From contig CAZLNP010000005.1 in the NCBI GenBank assembly GCA_964561085.1, positions 3,151-67,150 on the forward strand: 64,000 nt of DNA, given 5' to 3'. This document shows, piece by piece, positions 8,827 through 18,369 of the stretch. Below the pieces are notes generated by a model, which saw only the letters and a list, made by a program, of their open reading frames with translations, searched no databases and had not been told where the DNA came from. Positions within the stretch are counted from its first letter, which is position 1. Every line of letters starts with the position of its first letter. The DNA comes from an uncultured Candidatus Saccharibacteria bacterium (GTDB lineage Bacteria > Patescibacteriota > Doudnabacteria > UBA920). The translations under genes and the position numbers were made by a program.

Positions 8827-10839
8827 CTAAAGCGTCTTCTGCTTAAGAGTTTCTTCAAAACTTTCGATCATATCGCCTTCTAGTACTTTGACATTGGTTT
8901 TAAGCTTCATGCCAAATTCGTTGCCACGCGCTACTTCTTTGGTATCGATCTTGCTTTGTTGTAAATCTACAATTTCACCACGGCCAACTTCTTTCCAGCC
9001 TTTGTACTCTTCTGTAGACTCTTCGCCTGACTCGTCATCAGATTCATCTTCTGTTGGCTCAGGATCTTCCGCTACAGCGACCTTACGCCAAATTGCAACT
9101 GGTTTATTCTTACGAATTTCACCGTCATCAACTTTACCACCAATAATCATTTGAGATTTTTCAGTACGGAAAATCGCTAAGATAGTTCCTGTGCCGAAAG
9201 TCGCCTTTTCCATTTCTGGAGTGAACATGGCAATTACTGCGCTAGTGATGTTTTCCAAAAGTTCGTAAATAACATCATAGCTTTCAATGGCAACTTTCTT
9301 TTGCTTCGCTAAGTTAATTGCCTTCGGATTAGTTTTGGTGTGGAAAGCAATTACAGTACCCTTGCTGCTGTCGGCAAGTAATACATCGCTTTCGTTGATC
9401 TCACCAATTCCTTCGCTCAAAATATTAATTTGAACCTCATCATTTTTAAGTTTAGAAAGAGATTGTTTAATAGCTTCCAAAGAACCAGCTACGTCTGCTT
9501 TCAAAATCAAATTCAAAGTTTTAGATTCGCTATCGCCTTGTAAGCTAGAACGGTTTGTCAGTTTACGGCTATGCTTCATCTTTTGCGCATTACTCGCAAT
9601 AGTACGAGCTTCGTCTAAACTTTCGTTTGTTTGCAAGATATCCCCTGCTTGAGGTAGATCGGAGAAACCAGAAATAAGCGCTGGGCGGCTTGGCGCAACG
9701 AATTTTAGTTTCTTACCGTGCTCATCTTCTAAAGATTTAACTTTACCGTACCCTGTACCTGCAACAATAATATCACCAACTTTTAGAGTTCCATTTTGCA
9801 CGATAACAGTTGCAACAGCACCTTTACCTTGCGCAACGTGAGATTCAATAACAGTACCTAAAACTTTTCCATTTGGGTTAGCTTTAAAATCTTCCACTTC
9901 GGCTTGAAGCAAAACCATTTCTAGAAGTTTATCTATACCAATGTTTTGTTTCGCAGAAATTTCAACAGCAATAACTTTTCCGCCCCAGTCTTCTAAAAGA
10001 ACGCCATGCTCTGCAAGCTCTTGCTTGGTTTTCATTACGTTGGCGTTTTCTTTATCAATTTTGTTGATCGCCACAATTAACGGTGTATTTGTAAATTTAG
10101 CACGATTGATAACTTCAATAGTTTGTGGACGAACACTGTCGTCTGCTGCCACAACTAAAATGATCATGTCGGTTACGTTTGCACCACGAGCACGCATTTC
10201 TACGAACGCTTCATGACCTGGAGTATCTAGGAAAGTGATAACTTTATCGTTGTGCTTGATTTGATACGCACCAATGTGCTGAGTGATTCCACCACTTTCA
10301 GTTTCAACAACACTTGCCTTGCGGATTGCATCAAGCAAAGTAGTTTTACCATGGTCAACGTGGCCCATTACAGCAACGATTGGTGGACGAGTCTCTAAGT
10401 TTTCTGATGACTCTTCATTTAGGCTTTCTTGTAAAAAGCCGATACCGAATTCTTTAGCTTCGCCTGTCTGTTCGGTAGCAACTTCAAATCCTAAATCTTG
10501 CGCAATAATAGTCGCAGTTTCAAAATCCACTTCTTCGTTAATAGTCGCCATTACTCCGTTAGTAATAAGCGCCTTGATAACATTTGTGACTGGCAGTTCA
10601 AGTAAGTCCGCAAAATCTCTCACTTTGATGAAAGCTGGCAAAGAAACCTTTTTCGCTTCTGGCTTAGGAGCGTTAGGGTCCAATTTTGGTTTTGGTTTCA
10701 AGGCTTCAACGATTTGCTTGGCTAAGTAGTTATCAATCTTGTTCGCGCGAGGAGATATACGAAAACCAGCTGCGTTTGCCTTTGTACGCAGGTCGTTGAT
10801 CGACATATTTAATTCGTGTGATAAAGATGATAAATTCAT
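8827..10839 (-). CDS. infB: Translation initiation factor IF-2
   Basis: GHVDHGKTT, GITQHIGAY, DTPGHEAF, NKID. Confidence 0.98.
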   Translation of the reverse strand: MNLSSLSHELNMSINDLRTKANAAGFRISPRANKIDNYLAKQIVEALKPKPKLDPNAPKPEAKKVSLPAFIKVRDFADLLELPVTNVIKALITNGVMATINEEVDFETATIIAQDLGFEVATEQTGEAKEFGIGFLQESLNEESSENLETRPPIVAVMGHVDHGKTTLLDAIRKASVVETESGGITQHIGAYQIKHNDKVITFLDTPGHEAFVEMRARGANVTDMIILVVAADDSVRPQTIEVINRAKFTNTPLIVAINKIDKENANVMKTKQELAEHGVLLEDWGGKVIAVEISAKQNIGIDKLLEMVLLQAEVEDFKANPNGKVLGTVIESHVAQGKGAVATVIVQNGTLKVGDIIVAGTGYGKVKSLEDEHGKKLKFVAPSRPALISGFSDLPQAGDILQTNESLDEARTIASNAQKMKHSRKLTNRSSLQGDSESKTLNLILKADVAGSLEAIKQSLSKLKNDEVQINILSEGIGEINESDVLLADSSKGTVIAFHTKTNPKAINLAKQKKVAIESYDVIYELLENITSAVIAMFTPEMEKATFGTGTILAIFRTEKSQMIIGGKVDDGEIRKNKPVAIWRKVAVAEDPEPTEDESDDESGEESTEEYKGWKEVGRGEIVDLQQSKIDTKEVARGNEFGMKLKTNVKVLEGDMIESFEETLKQKTL

Positions 10840-10905
10840 TGGGTTTTTCCTAGGGTTTTGGACTTAACTGATTAACTATACTGCATTTCTTGAATAAAAT
10901 CAAGG

Positions 10906-11679
10906 TTATTCTTTAGTGTTCGCCCAGATTCCTTGGAACAACGCACGCATGTTTTGAGCCATCGCTTTGTCGTAAATTTCGATCATATAATGTGGTTTTT
11001 TGTTTGTGAATGACATTACTACATAATCGCCTAATACCCAGGTCGTCGCTGTAAAGTTCTCCGCCCCTGGCCATACGCGGATCATCCTTTGTTCTGGCCA
11101 TCTGCGTTCTGCTCGAACCTTTTCTTCAATATCAGATGGGGTAGTAATCAGCTTTAGCTTCATATCCTTAGTATTAGGCTGTTCCCAATGCCAATCTATG
11201 TATTTGTTATAGTGTTCTACAAATGATGGATCTTGGAACCCCCACCAGATTCCATCTGTTTTCATTATGCTTTCTGTCCAAATTGGCGTTTGTTGGTATA
11301 GGTACTCTTCAAAGTCATCCTCCGATTTAAACTGGATTTTTGGTGGAGAATATACTGTATCTTTAGATATAGAAAATAATTCAGGAATAAGCTGATCAAC
11401 TAAGTTTTTCCTGTGTTGCAGGTGCTGCTCTTCCCTAGCTATTAAGGTTTTAAGATCTTGAGGTGGTAACGGTACAAATGAGCTTGGTGTGGTTGTAGAA
11501 TCTTCGTAAATAAAGCCTTTATCTATTAGGTCACGGTTTACGCTGTATATAGTCGTTCTATTTATATTGGTTATTCGTGAAAGCTCTGTTGCTGTTGCCT
11601 TTCCTCTCTGAACTAAACTTGTATACACAGCTATTTCTTTATCCCCTAAGCCAAATTTAAGCAGTAAATCAGTTATCAT
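10906..11679 (-). CDS. TrmB-family transcriptional regulator
   Basis: FGLGDKEIAVYTSL...TNINRTTIYS HTH; C-terminal effector domain. Confidence 0.85.
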   Translation of the reverse strand: MITDLLLKFGLGDKEIAVYTSLVQRGKATATELSRITNINRTTIYSVNRDLIDKGFIYEDSTTTPSSFVPLPPQDLKTLIAREEQHLQHRKNLVDQLIPELFSISKDTVYSPPKIQFKSEDDFEEYLYQQTPIWTESIMKTDGIWWGFQDPSFVEHYNKYIDWHWEQPNTKDMKLKLITTPSDIEEKVRAERRWPEQRMIRVWPGAENFTATTWVLGDYVVMSFTNKKPHYMIEIYDKAMAQNMRALFQGIWANTKE

Positions 11680-11696
11680 GCTAATATGATATCAAT

Positions 11697-11717
11697 TTGT
11701 TGATAAATTGTCAACAA
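11697..11717. promoter_or_regulatory. Inverted repeat, candidate operator in divergent promoter region
   Basis: TTGTTGATA-AAT-TGTCAACAA; a second TTTGTC...GACAAA repeat overlaps the TTGACA at about 11779. Confidence 0.5.
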
Positions 11718-11908
11718 TAATATTTTGCTTAAATAAGATGCCAATTGGCATTTGTACTGAGTCTTTGTCGGAAAAGTATTGACAAAATAGGTAAAATGGG
11801 ATATAATGTTTCCGTTACGATGAATCGTGACTTACAGGTAGCCACCTGACTCTTAAGAGTAAGTTTTACTTAAAGCAGGCAACAGAACTCTGTAACCGTG
11901 GAGGAAGC

Positions 11909-12484
11909 ATGAAAAACGCAATGATTTTAGTAGTGATGGTTCTTGGTCAGACCCTTTTGACTTTTGGTCAGGAAGGAACAACTCCTAGGAATCAGCTCCA
12001 CGGTGAAGTGGAGTTCGAAATAGAGGTTCGCAACGGCAATGTTCGACCACAGGTTAAGACCTACTTAACTTATGGTGGTAAGAACAGATTTGGCGTATAC
12101 TGCTGGATCCAAAATAGTAAGTCTTATAATCAAGCTTACTGTGGTCCAAAGGTTGCTATGAAGCCCTGGCTAGAAGTTGGTGTCGCAGTTGGTGTCCAAA
12201 CTGGACCAAAGAGATTTCAAGCAGGTGCCTTTGTCTGGGCAGGTAAGCCAATCAAAGGCAAGATGGTTTCCAACCTCTTTGTTATCGAGAAAGGCGGAAC
12301 GTGGTATCGCAATGTAACATCTGTTCAGATCAATAAGCTTGTTAAAGTCTCATTGGTCAAACAGCGTTATCAAGGCATAGGCGGCCGTTTGGATTTTACA
12401 CTAGGTCGAGGATTCTCAACCAGCGTAGAGTCACTCTATGACAAAACCTCCGTCACTAAGGTCGGTATGAAGTATAGCTTCTAA
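11909..12484 (+). CDS. Secreted all-beta protein resembling a small beta-barrel
   Basis: Signal peptide, alternating amphipathic strands, C-terminal VGMKYSF; GGAGG SD; TTGACA...TATAAT promoter upstream. Confidence 0.7.
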   Translation: MKNAMILVVMVLGQTLLTFGQEGTTPRNQLHGEVEFEIEVRNGNVRPQVKTYLTYGGKNRFGVYCWIQNSKSYNQAYCGPKVAMKPWLEVGVAVGVQTGPKRFQAGAFVWAGKPIKGKMVSNLFVIEKGGTWYRNVTSVQINKLVKVSLVKQRYQGIGGRLDFTLGRGFSTSVESLYDKTSVTKVGMKYSF

Positions 12485-12549
12485 CCTACCAAGCTAAGCA
12501 ACTAGCTACCCCCCCTCAAGTTAAGATAGATTGTTGCTAATCTATCTCC

Positions 12550-12598
12550 CCTTCTACAAATGTGTATTTGTACTGATGAGTCCTAAAGGACGAAAAGG
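12550..12598 (+). ncRNA. Hammerhead ribozyme, type III
   Basis: CCUUC | UACAAAU-GUGU-AUUUGUA CUGAUGA GUCC-UAAA-GGAC GAAA AGG; complete catalytic core, predicted cleavage after C12554. Confidence 0.88.
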
Positions 12599-12610
12599 AA
12601 TTAGTAACAT

Positions 12611-12635
12611 AAAAGCCCCCTACTTGCGGGCTTTT
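12611..12635. terminator. Bidirectional intrinsic terminator
   Basis: AAAAGCCC...GGGCTTTT between convergent genes. Confidence 0.7.
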
Positions 12636-12637
12636 AT

Positions 12638-12955
12638 TTAAACCAGCTTTAGATGCCTCTCTATTTTAGACACACGTTTATTTAAAGCTTTTATTTCAAA
12701 GTTAGGAGCCATCTGGTCAAGCCGAATATCTAGCCTGTTAACTTCACTCCCCAGCTTATTTTCTAATGAATCAAGTCTTCTATTTGCCTCTTCAAAACCT
12801 CTTGTTGTCATTGTGGCTAGCTTTTCAATCTCTTTCTCAATTTTATCTTCAGTTCTTATAAATCCATCAGTGGTAACTTTAACAAGCTTTTCTACAGCAG
12901 TGTTCAATTTATCAAATTTCGTTGATAGGTTTGTAAGTGTAATTTCTTTAGACAT
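12638..12955 (-). CDS. Small coiled-coil hypothetical protein
   Basis: 105-aa ORF with heptad pattern and repeated xTxxGF segments. Confidence 0.7.
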   Translation of the reverse strand: MSKEITLTNLSTKFDKLNTAVEKLVKVTTDGFIRTEDKIEKEIEKLATMTTRGFEEANRRLDSLENKLGSEVNRLDIRLDQMAPNFEIKALNKRVSKIERHLKLV

Positions 12956-13153
12956 AATTTTCTCTTTTAGTTATTTTACCATATTGTAAAATAATTAACT
13001 TCAAGAAAAATTAAATTTTTCTCAATGAAAGCAAGAAAGTATTTTAAATAAAACGAAAGAAATATAAAACGGCTTTTGATGGCGGCATTGAGTTGGTTCT
13101 AGTTTGAGTCAGAGGATGAATAAAAATAAGCGGATGTAGAAAGAAGTTTAACT

Positions 13154-13738
13154 TCAATCTGCATCCGCCTTTTTGTGCAACTTCCACACGAACCGGGTTG
13201 TTACTCCATCTCGTGTTTCTGTATAGCCCTCTGGTTTGTATTGAAAATCCCAAAGCCTTACCTCGAAGCGATGGTCTTCGCTACTGGTTTTTACACCAGG
13301 ATAGCTAATTGATTCGCGAAGAGGTTCTCTAGTTTTACCTTTGAATTTAAGGTTCAAAATTCCCGGTGGGATGTTGAGCTCTTCATGTAAAGCCCTAGAG
13401 ATAGCGTTTATATCAGCGACTTCATTACCAACTAAAGTTTCCGATACAGATGCTTGCCCTTTTCTGGTTCGTGGGCGATTTCCTTTCAGGGTTTGCTTCT
13501 CTTCTACAAGAACATATACATCACCATTTGCAGGATTTTTATAGTAGATGTCTAGCAGAATTGTCCGGATGTAACGAATAACTTTATTGTAGGAATCAAA
13601 CTTCACTATTGATTCACGATTGTCGATTTCTACAATGAAATCCTCAAATGATTTGCATTCACCAGCACCCCATTTTATTAGGGGTACGCCGGCATTCAGT
13701 AGGTTTATTAATAGTTCCACTGCTTTGTCTCTTTGCAT
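13154..13738 (-). CDS. Hypothetical protein with degenerate NUDIX-like motif
   Basis: SETLVGNE...RALHEEL; AGGAGGGAG SD. Confidence 0.65.
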   Translation of the reverse strand: MQRDKAVELLINLLNAGVPLIKWGAGECKSFEDFIVEIDNRESIVKFDSYNKVIRYIRTILLDIYYKNPANGDVYVLVEEKQTLKGNRPRTRKGQASVSETLVGNEVADINAISRALHEELNIPPGILNLKFKGKTREPLRESISYPGVKTSSEDHRFEVRLWDFQYKPEGYTETRDGVTTRFVWKLHKKADAD

Positions 13739-13821
13739 ACTCCCTCCTAAAACATATCGACTTTACTTTCCTGACTGGTAAAAGTATCAAAAAAATAACC
13801 TGACGTCAATGAGTCAGGTTA

Positions 13822-14664
13822 TTAAAACGTGCGACCTTTTCCCACTATCATCCTTAGCTGTCGTGGGAAAATTTGTACTGTGGTAGGGACTTTAGCAAAT
13901 GTTCGCCCAGCAATCGTTAGTGGGAATCCACGAGGTTCTAGAAATTCAACCTGCTTACATTTAATTACAGAGGTTCCTGGAATATTCTCTAGAGCACCGG
14001 CGGCAATGTCTGGTTTGTATTTTAAAACGTCAATCTTGTTCATCTTCTCTAAAATCATCAAGTCTAGTAATCCATCAGTTGGATTAGCGATTGTTGAGTT
14101 CGAACTTGATGTAGCGCGTGAGTTTGTCACCGTTCCACCTAAACAAGTAATGTCCATGGTGTAAGAGTTATCAACGCGAATTTTTAAATTGTATTCTACT
14201 GCACTCATGCTGCGTAGACTGCTAAGCCATCCAGTGGTTTTTGCTTTGTTGGATGCCATGCCAAATTCAGCTTGGCTAATAAAATAGTTATCGCCCAGCA
14301 TTGCGAGGTCTATTTTTTCGATGCGACGCGCCGCAACTGTTTTCACAGCAGTTAGTAGACTATCAATTCCCAAGATCTGACTTAGATTAGAATCCTCTGT
14401 CATGGGAATGAATCCTAGTGCAAAGTCACGACCTTTTAAATATGCAAGCATAAAATTAAATGTATCATCAGTTCCACAAGCGATTAAAGTTTTCACTCCG
14501 CGTTCACTTGCGGTTTCTACTAGTTCGGCTATTCCTCTAATTGATGTGACGCGTGCCATTTCCCCAGATACCTTGAACTCAGCCAGCAATCCTTGCAGGG
14601 TTACTTGAGCGCGTTCGAATTGCGCATCCGGAATGTTTTTTCCATCGAGGATGTAGAAGTACAT
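13822..14664 (-). CDS. Diacylglycerol/lipid kinase family protein (degenerate GGDG as GTDD)
   Basis: IACGTDDT, GFIP, DGLLDL; start ATG 14664 preferred. Confidence 0.75.
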   Translation of the reverse strand: MYFYILDGKNIPDAQFERAQVTLQGLLAEFKVSGEMARVTSIRGIAELVETASERGVKTLIACGTDDTFNFMLAYLKGRDFALGFIPMTEDSNLSQILGIDSLLTAVKTVAARRIEKIDLAMLGDNYFISQAEFGMASNKAKTTGWLSSLRSMSAVEYNLKIRVDNSYTMDITCLGGTVTNSRATSSSNSTIANPTDGLLDLMILEKMNKIDVLKYKPDIAAGALENIPGTSVIKCKQVEFLEPRGFPLTIAGRTFAKVPTTVQIFPRQLRMIVGKGRTF

Positions 14665-14768
14665 AAAATTTAAATTAGCGGGTCCTGTCGGTAGCAAGTC
14701 CTTTTTTACTCGCGGCACAGCCGTCTCGTAAAAAAGCCTTCCTACCAACTCCCGCTACTTTATTTTAC

Positions 14769-15188
14769 TTATTCATCCTCTGGCTCTGGAGCAGATTTGC
14801 TACCGTTGCCACCATTCAAAGGTTTCAAGCTACCAGTTTGTTTGTCTATTACTGCACCTTTCATGCTACATTTCCCTGTGAACTGAGCCCCTTCTTCTAC
14901 GCGCAATATTCCACAAGTTATATCCCCTACAATGCGAGCAGTTGGTTGCAAGATTAAACTTTCAGCAACTTTAACATTACCGTGAATTTCTCCAGCGATA
15001 ATAGCATTACCTGCTAACACATCGGCAGCAATTTTTGCATGTTCGCCAATGTGAACACTTTGAGTTGTTTGTACTTTACCTGCAACTGCACCTTCAATGC
15101 GAATGTTGCCTTCTGAATTTAAATCCCCTTGAATTTTTACTGATGGGCCTACAACTGTCTCTGCTGCGGCGTTATGATCTTGTGCCAT
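14769..15188 (-). CDS. Bactofilin / polymer-forming cytoskeletal protein
   Basis: TVVGPSVKIQGDL...GDI...LRVEEGAQFTGKCSM. Confidence 0.9.
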   Translation of the reverse strand: MAQDHNAAAETVVGPSVKIQGDLNSEGNIRIEGAVAGKVQTTQSVHIGEHAKIAADVLAGNAIIAGEIHGNVKVAESLILQPTARIVGDITCGILRVEEGAQFTGKCSMKGAVIDKQTGSLKPLNGGNGSKSAPEPEDE

Positions 15189-15208
15189 GGTTTATAAAAA
15201 TTAATTAT

Positions 15209-15697
15209 TTAGTTAACTTGATGAGTCACTGCTTGAATTAAAGCTTCACGCTCTTCTTCGCTCAATGTTTGTTCACTCGTTCCATTAGTAATTATTTTTG
15301 CATAGATACGGCTATTAGCCCTACCATGTAAACTTGTAATTATAATTCCGGATTGATGAGCGTTGAGTAATGCTGCGGAAAAACTTAAGTTACCGCCATC
15401 ATCACCATTACCATTATAGCGAATGATCCCTACGTGCTGTGTAGCAGTGTTCAGCTGTTTTGAAATTGCCTCCAAGCTAAGAGCAGTTTTGTCGTTAGCT
15501 TCATCTATAAGCTTTAGTCTTTGCGCGATCTTCTCTACAATATCTTCCAAATTATTTGGAATATCGTCGGGATCATTTCCAGAAAAAATCTTTCTCCACT
15601 TCCTGGTTTGCCCAGAAGCTATTACCGCGTAAATACCAAAAACTAAGGCAATTACGGCTACTCCGAGACTCATATATGTTAAAACTGTTGGACTCAT
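15209..15697 (-). CDS. DUF4446-like membrane-anchored protein
   Basis: N-terminal TM; GIIRYN...GGNLSFSAALL...YAK...LSEEE. Confidence 0.75.
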   Translation of the reverse strand: MSPTVLTYMSLGVAVIALVFGIYAVIASGQTRKWRKIFSGNDPDDIPNNLEDIVEKIAQRLKLIDEANDKTALSLEAISKQLNTATQHVGIIRYNGNGDDGGNLSFSAALLNAHQSGIIITSLHGRANSRIYAKIITNGTSEQTLSEEEREALIQAVTHQVN

Positions 15698-15799
15698 AGT
15701 AGAGCTATTGTAGCACTGGTTTGCCCTTGTTTACAAACACGGCAATTGGTATACTTTTGAGGTCAAATATTTCTTAAATTTCCAATTAATTCAACTTTT

Positions 15800-16075
15800 A
15801 TGTCTAAAAAGAATCGATACAAATTCCGGGATCGCCCAGCAGTTAGTACTTCTCATGAAGAACATGTTAGTGCTTCAGCTGCTCCAGTAAGCGCAGGACG
15901 CGCTTCTGCTAGCGCTACAGCTATGAATCAGCACGTTGCTGAATACAAAATCATTAGCAAAGATCTAATTCGCTTAGTAGTATTAAATGGGTTGATGCTT
16001 GCAGCTGTACTAGTTGTTTACTTCACTAACAAGAACAATGGTTATTTAGAAAGAATGTTCCAAAACTTGTTCTAA
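15800..16075 (+). CDS. Small membrane protein
   Basis: 91 aa; EYKIISKDL followed by one TM helix. Confidence 0.7.
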   Translation: MSKKNRYKFRDRPAVSTSHEEHVSASAAPVSAGRASASATAMNQHVAEYKIISKDLIRLVVLNGLMLAAVLVVYFTNKNNGYLERMFQNLF

Positions 16076-16190
16076 TTATCGAGGCTCGTTAAGTAAAAGT
16101 ATAAATTTTATATAAAAATAAGGCGATGGCTCAGTCAGAAAAAATCTGATAGAGGCATCGCCTTTTTAATTGCTTATGCAAAGTTTGTAT

Positions 16191-18164
16191 TTACCTATCC
16201 ATGGGCATTTTGCTGTTCCATTCATAGGCTCGTTTCTTGTTTTCCTCATCCCCGTCTTCGGTTGGGAGGAGGGGTTGAGTCGGACATCCATATTTGTTGT
16301 TCTGCTTCAACCATTCGATCACATCAAGAAACTGCTTGTTAGCAAATTCTCGTTGGACTGGATCAGGATTAGTTATCTCTGACCCTATCATCCCGTAATC
16401 GATGTGAAGAAACAGATCAACGTTCTCTAGGTATGGTTCGATATAGAAACGTTCATTCTCCATGGTGTGCTTGGTGTTCAGCTTCGGCGACCTCATTTTC
16501 ATGAAGTATGGCCTTAATAAAACGCCTTGCTTGGTCAGGCTCTTGCACGCTGCCACTGCTTTTAGTGTGGCTGCGGTAGATTCTTCAGGACCTCCAAAGA
16601 TCATAAACGCTTCGGCTATCATTCCCGCATCTTGAATGCCGATGATGGCGTTTTGGATTTCGTTTCGCCGGTTATGGCTCTTACGAAGCATCTTCCAAGT
16701 CTTCTCATCATCGCCATCAACTCCCATGCCGATGCACTGCACGCCGAGTTTCTTCCATCTTGTAAGAATCTCTGAGTCGGCATTCAGTGCCATACTGACA
16801 AATTTGGAAGTAGCTAAAAACCTAAAGGGCACAAAAACTCCAGCCTTGCTAAATTCTTCGTGGATTATCCCCAAGGTTTTTTCCATGGTTTCCCAGTTTT
16901 GCAGACCGTCCAGGGTTGAGAGATAAATCTCATAATCTGGATTGGGACCAGCATAGGTAGCGATCATTTTGCCAAGCGTTGCCATTTCCTTGCGAAACGT
17001 AATTGGATTACGGAAAGCCTCTGCTCTATTTTTGTGCGCTCCGCAAAAGCTGCAATTGAATATGCAGCCGTCCGAAGTGAAAATGCAAAACTCTTTTTCG
17101 AAGTAAGCGCGCTTCATGTATTCCGGCAACGCTTCGATGGCCTCCCCCATCGATAGGTCGTATATGCTGTGCATTGAGCGAGTTAATCCGAGCTCGATAG
17201 ATAAATCGATCTCTTCACGAATGGCAATTACATTCTCTAATCGGTTTGCTAGAAAAAGTTTATTCCAATCCTCGCTCGTAATGTTTTCCATGATCGGGCC
17301 GCCGAAAAGTATTCGCTCATTGTAGCCCAGACTTCTTAATTCCTTAGCAAGCTTGAAGGCTTGAGGAATGTAAGGAGATCCAAGCACGCCTATGCCGATT
17401 AGATCAGCAGTGACGATGCTTTCTTGCGAAAGACCTTTATCGATGTTCAGATCAACGATTTCAACTTCGTAACCAACTGATCTTAGCCTGGTCGCTGTAG
17501 CGAGCAATCCGTTTACCAAGTAAACATGATTTCCAAACGCCGATCGGGGTTGCAGTAATAGAACTTTTTTACTTGTTTTCATTTTTTTCTCCAACTTTTT
17601 TCTGCGCCAATAGGCGTTCCCGATGAAACCCAAAGAGATTAATTGCAGCACCATCAAGAAAAAATATCCTTGTTGATACATCAATAATCCAGCGAATATA
17701 TGCATCAAGAGAAACCAAAGATAACCCGACGCATATTGTTTAGCGAGTAAGTAGTTACCAATTAAAAATCCGGCAGCTACTCCTATCTCAAGAATTTGAC
17801 TGACGGCAGTGATGCCACCAAAGTCATACAAGCTATAACCAAGTCCTAGTGGAATTAGTATTAAAGCTAGACAATCTAACCACTTCTCTAACCGCATTGA
17901 CCTTTTGGTGCCATCTTTTATTGCTAACAAGAGCCCTAACAGCATTGATGGTCCACCGGCGGCTTCAAGGCACCCAGCGATCCAATTTCGATTTAAGTAG
18001 AAAATGATCAGCCACGCTGGTAATCCAATTAAGTAAGACACCCAAGACATGATTCGCCACTTTCGCTTCTTTTCGTTAGAAAGGTCCTTCTCGGAGAACC
18101 AAAGAAAAACTTTATTGAGGAGATAGAATATACCTCCAATTAGCTGCATTATGTTATCAAGCAT
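16191..18164 (-). CDS. Membrane domain (PnuC-like, ~194 aa) fused to B12-binding radical SAM protein
   Basis: Multi-TM N-terminus; VLLLQP...VEIVDLN...IGIG...GGP cobalamin-binding pattern; CIFNCSFC CxxxCxxC. Confidence 0.75.
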   Translation of the reverse strand: MLDNIMQLIGGIFYLLNKVFLWFSEKDLSNEKKRKWRIMSWVSYLIGLPAWLIIFYLNRNWIAGCLEAAGGPSMLLGLLLAIKDGTKRSMRLEKWLDCLALILIPLGLGYSLYDFGGITAVSQILEIGVAAGFLIGNYLLAKQYASGYLWFLLMHIFAGLLMYQQGYFFLMVLQLISLGFIGNAYWRRKKLEKKMKTSKKVLLLQPRSAFGNHVYLVNGLLATATRLRSVGYEVEIVDLNIDKGLSQESIVTADLIGIGVLGSPYIPQAFKLAKELRSLGYNERILFGGPIMENITSEDWNKLFLANRLENVIAIREEIDLSIELGLTRSMHSIYDLSMGEAIEALPEYMKRAYFEKEFCIFTSDGCIFNCSFCGAHKNRAEAFRNPITFRKEMATLGKMIATYAGPNPDYEIYLSTLDGLQNWETMEKTLGIIHEEFSKAGVFVPFRFLATSKFVSMALNADSEILTRWKKLGVQCIGMGVDGDDEKTWKMLRKSHNRRNEIQNAIIGIQDAGMIAEAFMIFGGPEESTAATLKAVAACKSLTKQGVLLRPYFMKMRSPKLNTKHTMENERFYIEPYLENVDLFLHIDYGMIGSEITNPDPVQREFANKQFLDVIEWLKQNNKYGCPTQPLLPTEDGDEENKKRAYEWNSKMPMDR

Positions 18165-18369
18165 ATTGAACCTCCACAGTATTTTCCCTTTCGGGGTTAT
18201 CTACTAAAAGCAGTATGATAACCGCAAATAATACCACATTATACACCTATTGTCAATTTATTTCGTCAGAAAATTCTCAAAATATGTTTTAAATAAGCGT
18301 AGAAATTTATAATAATATATTTTGTGGATTTATTTTGACACAAAGCTTTGTTGAGTTTATACTTGATTT

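Noticed and set aside
8888-10729. Long antisense ORFs opposite infB (likewise opposite ftsK, smc, pilins and the surface protein)
   Set aside because: Expected shadow frames of strongly codon-biased genes; no independent signals.
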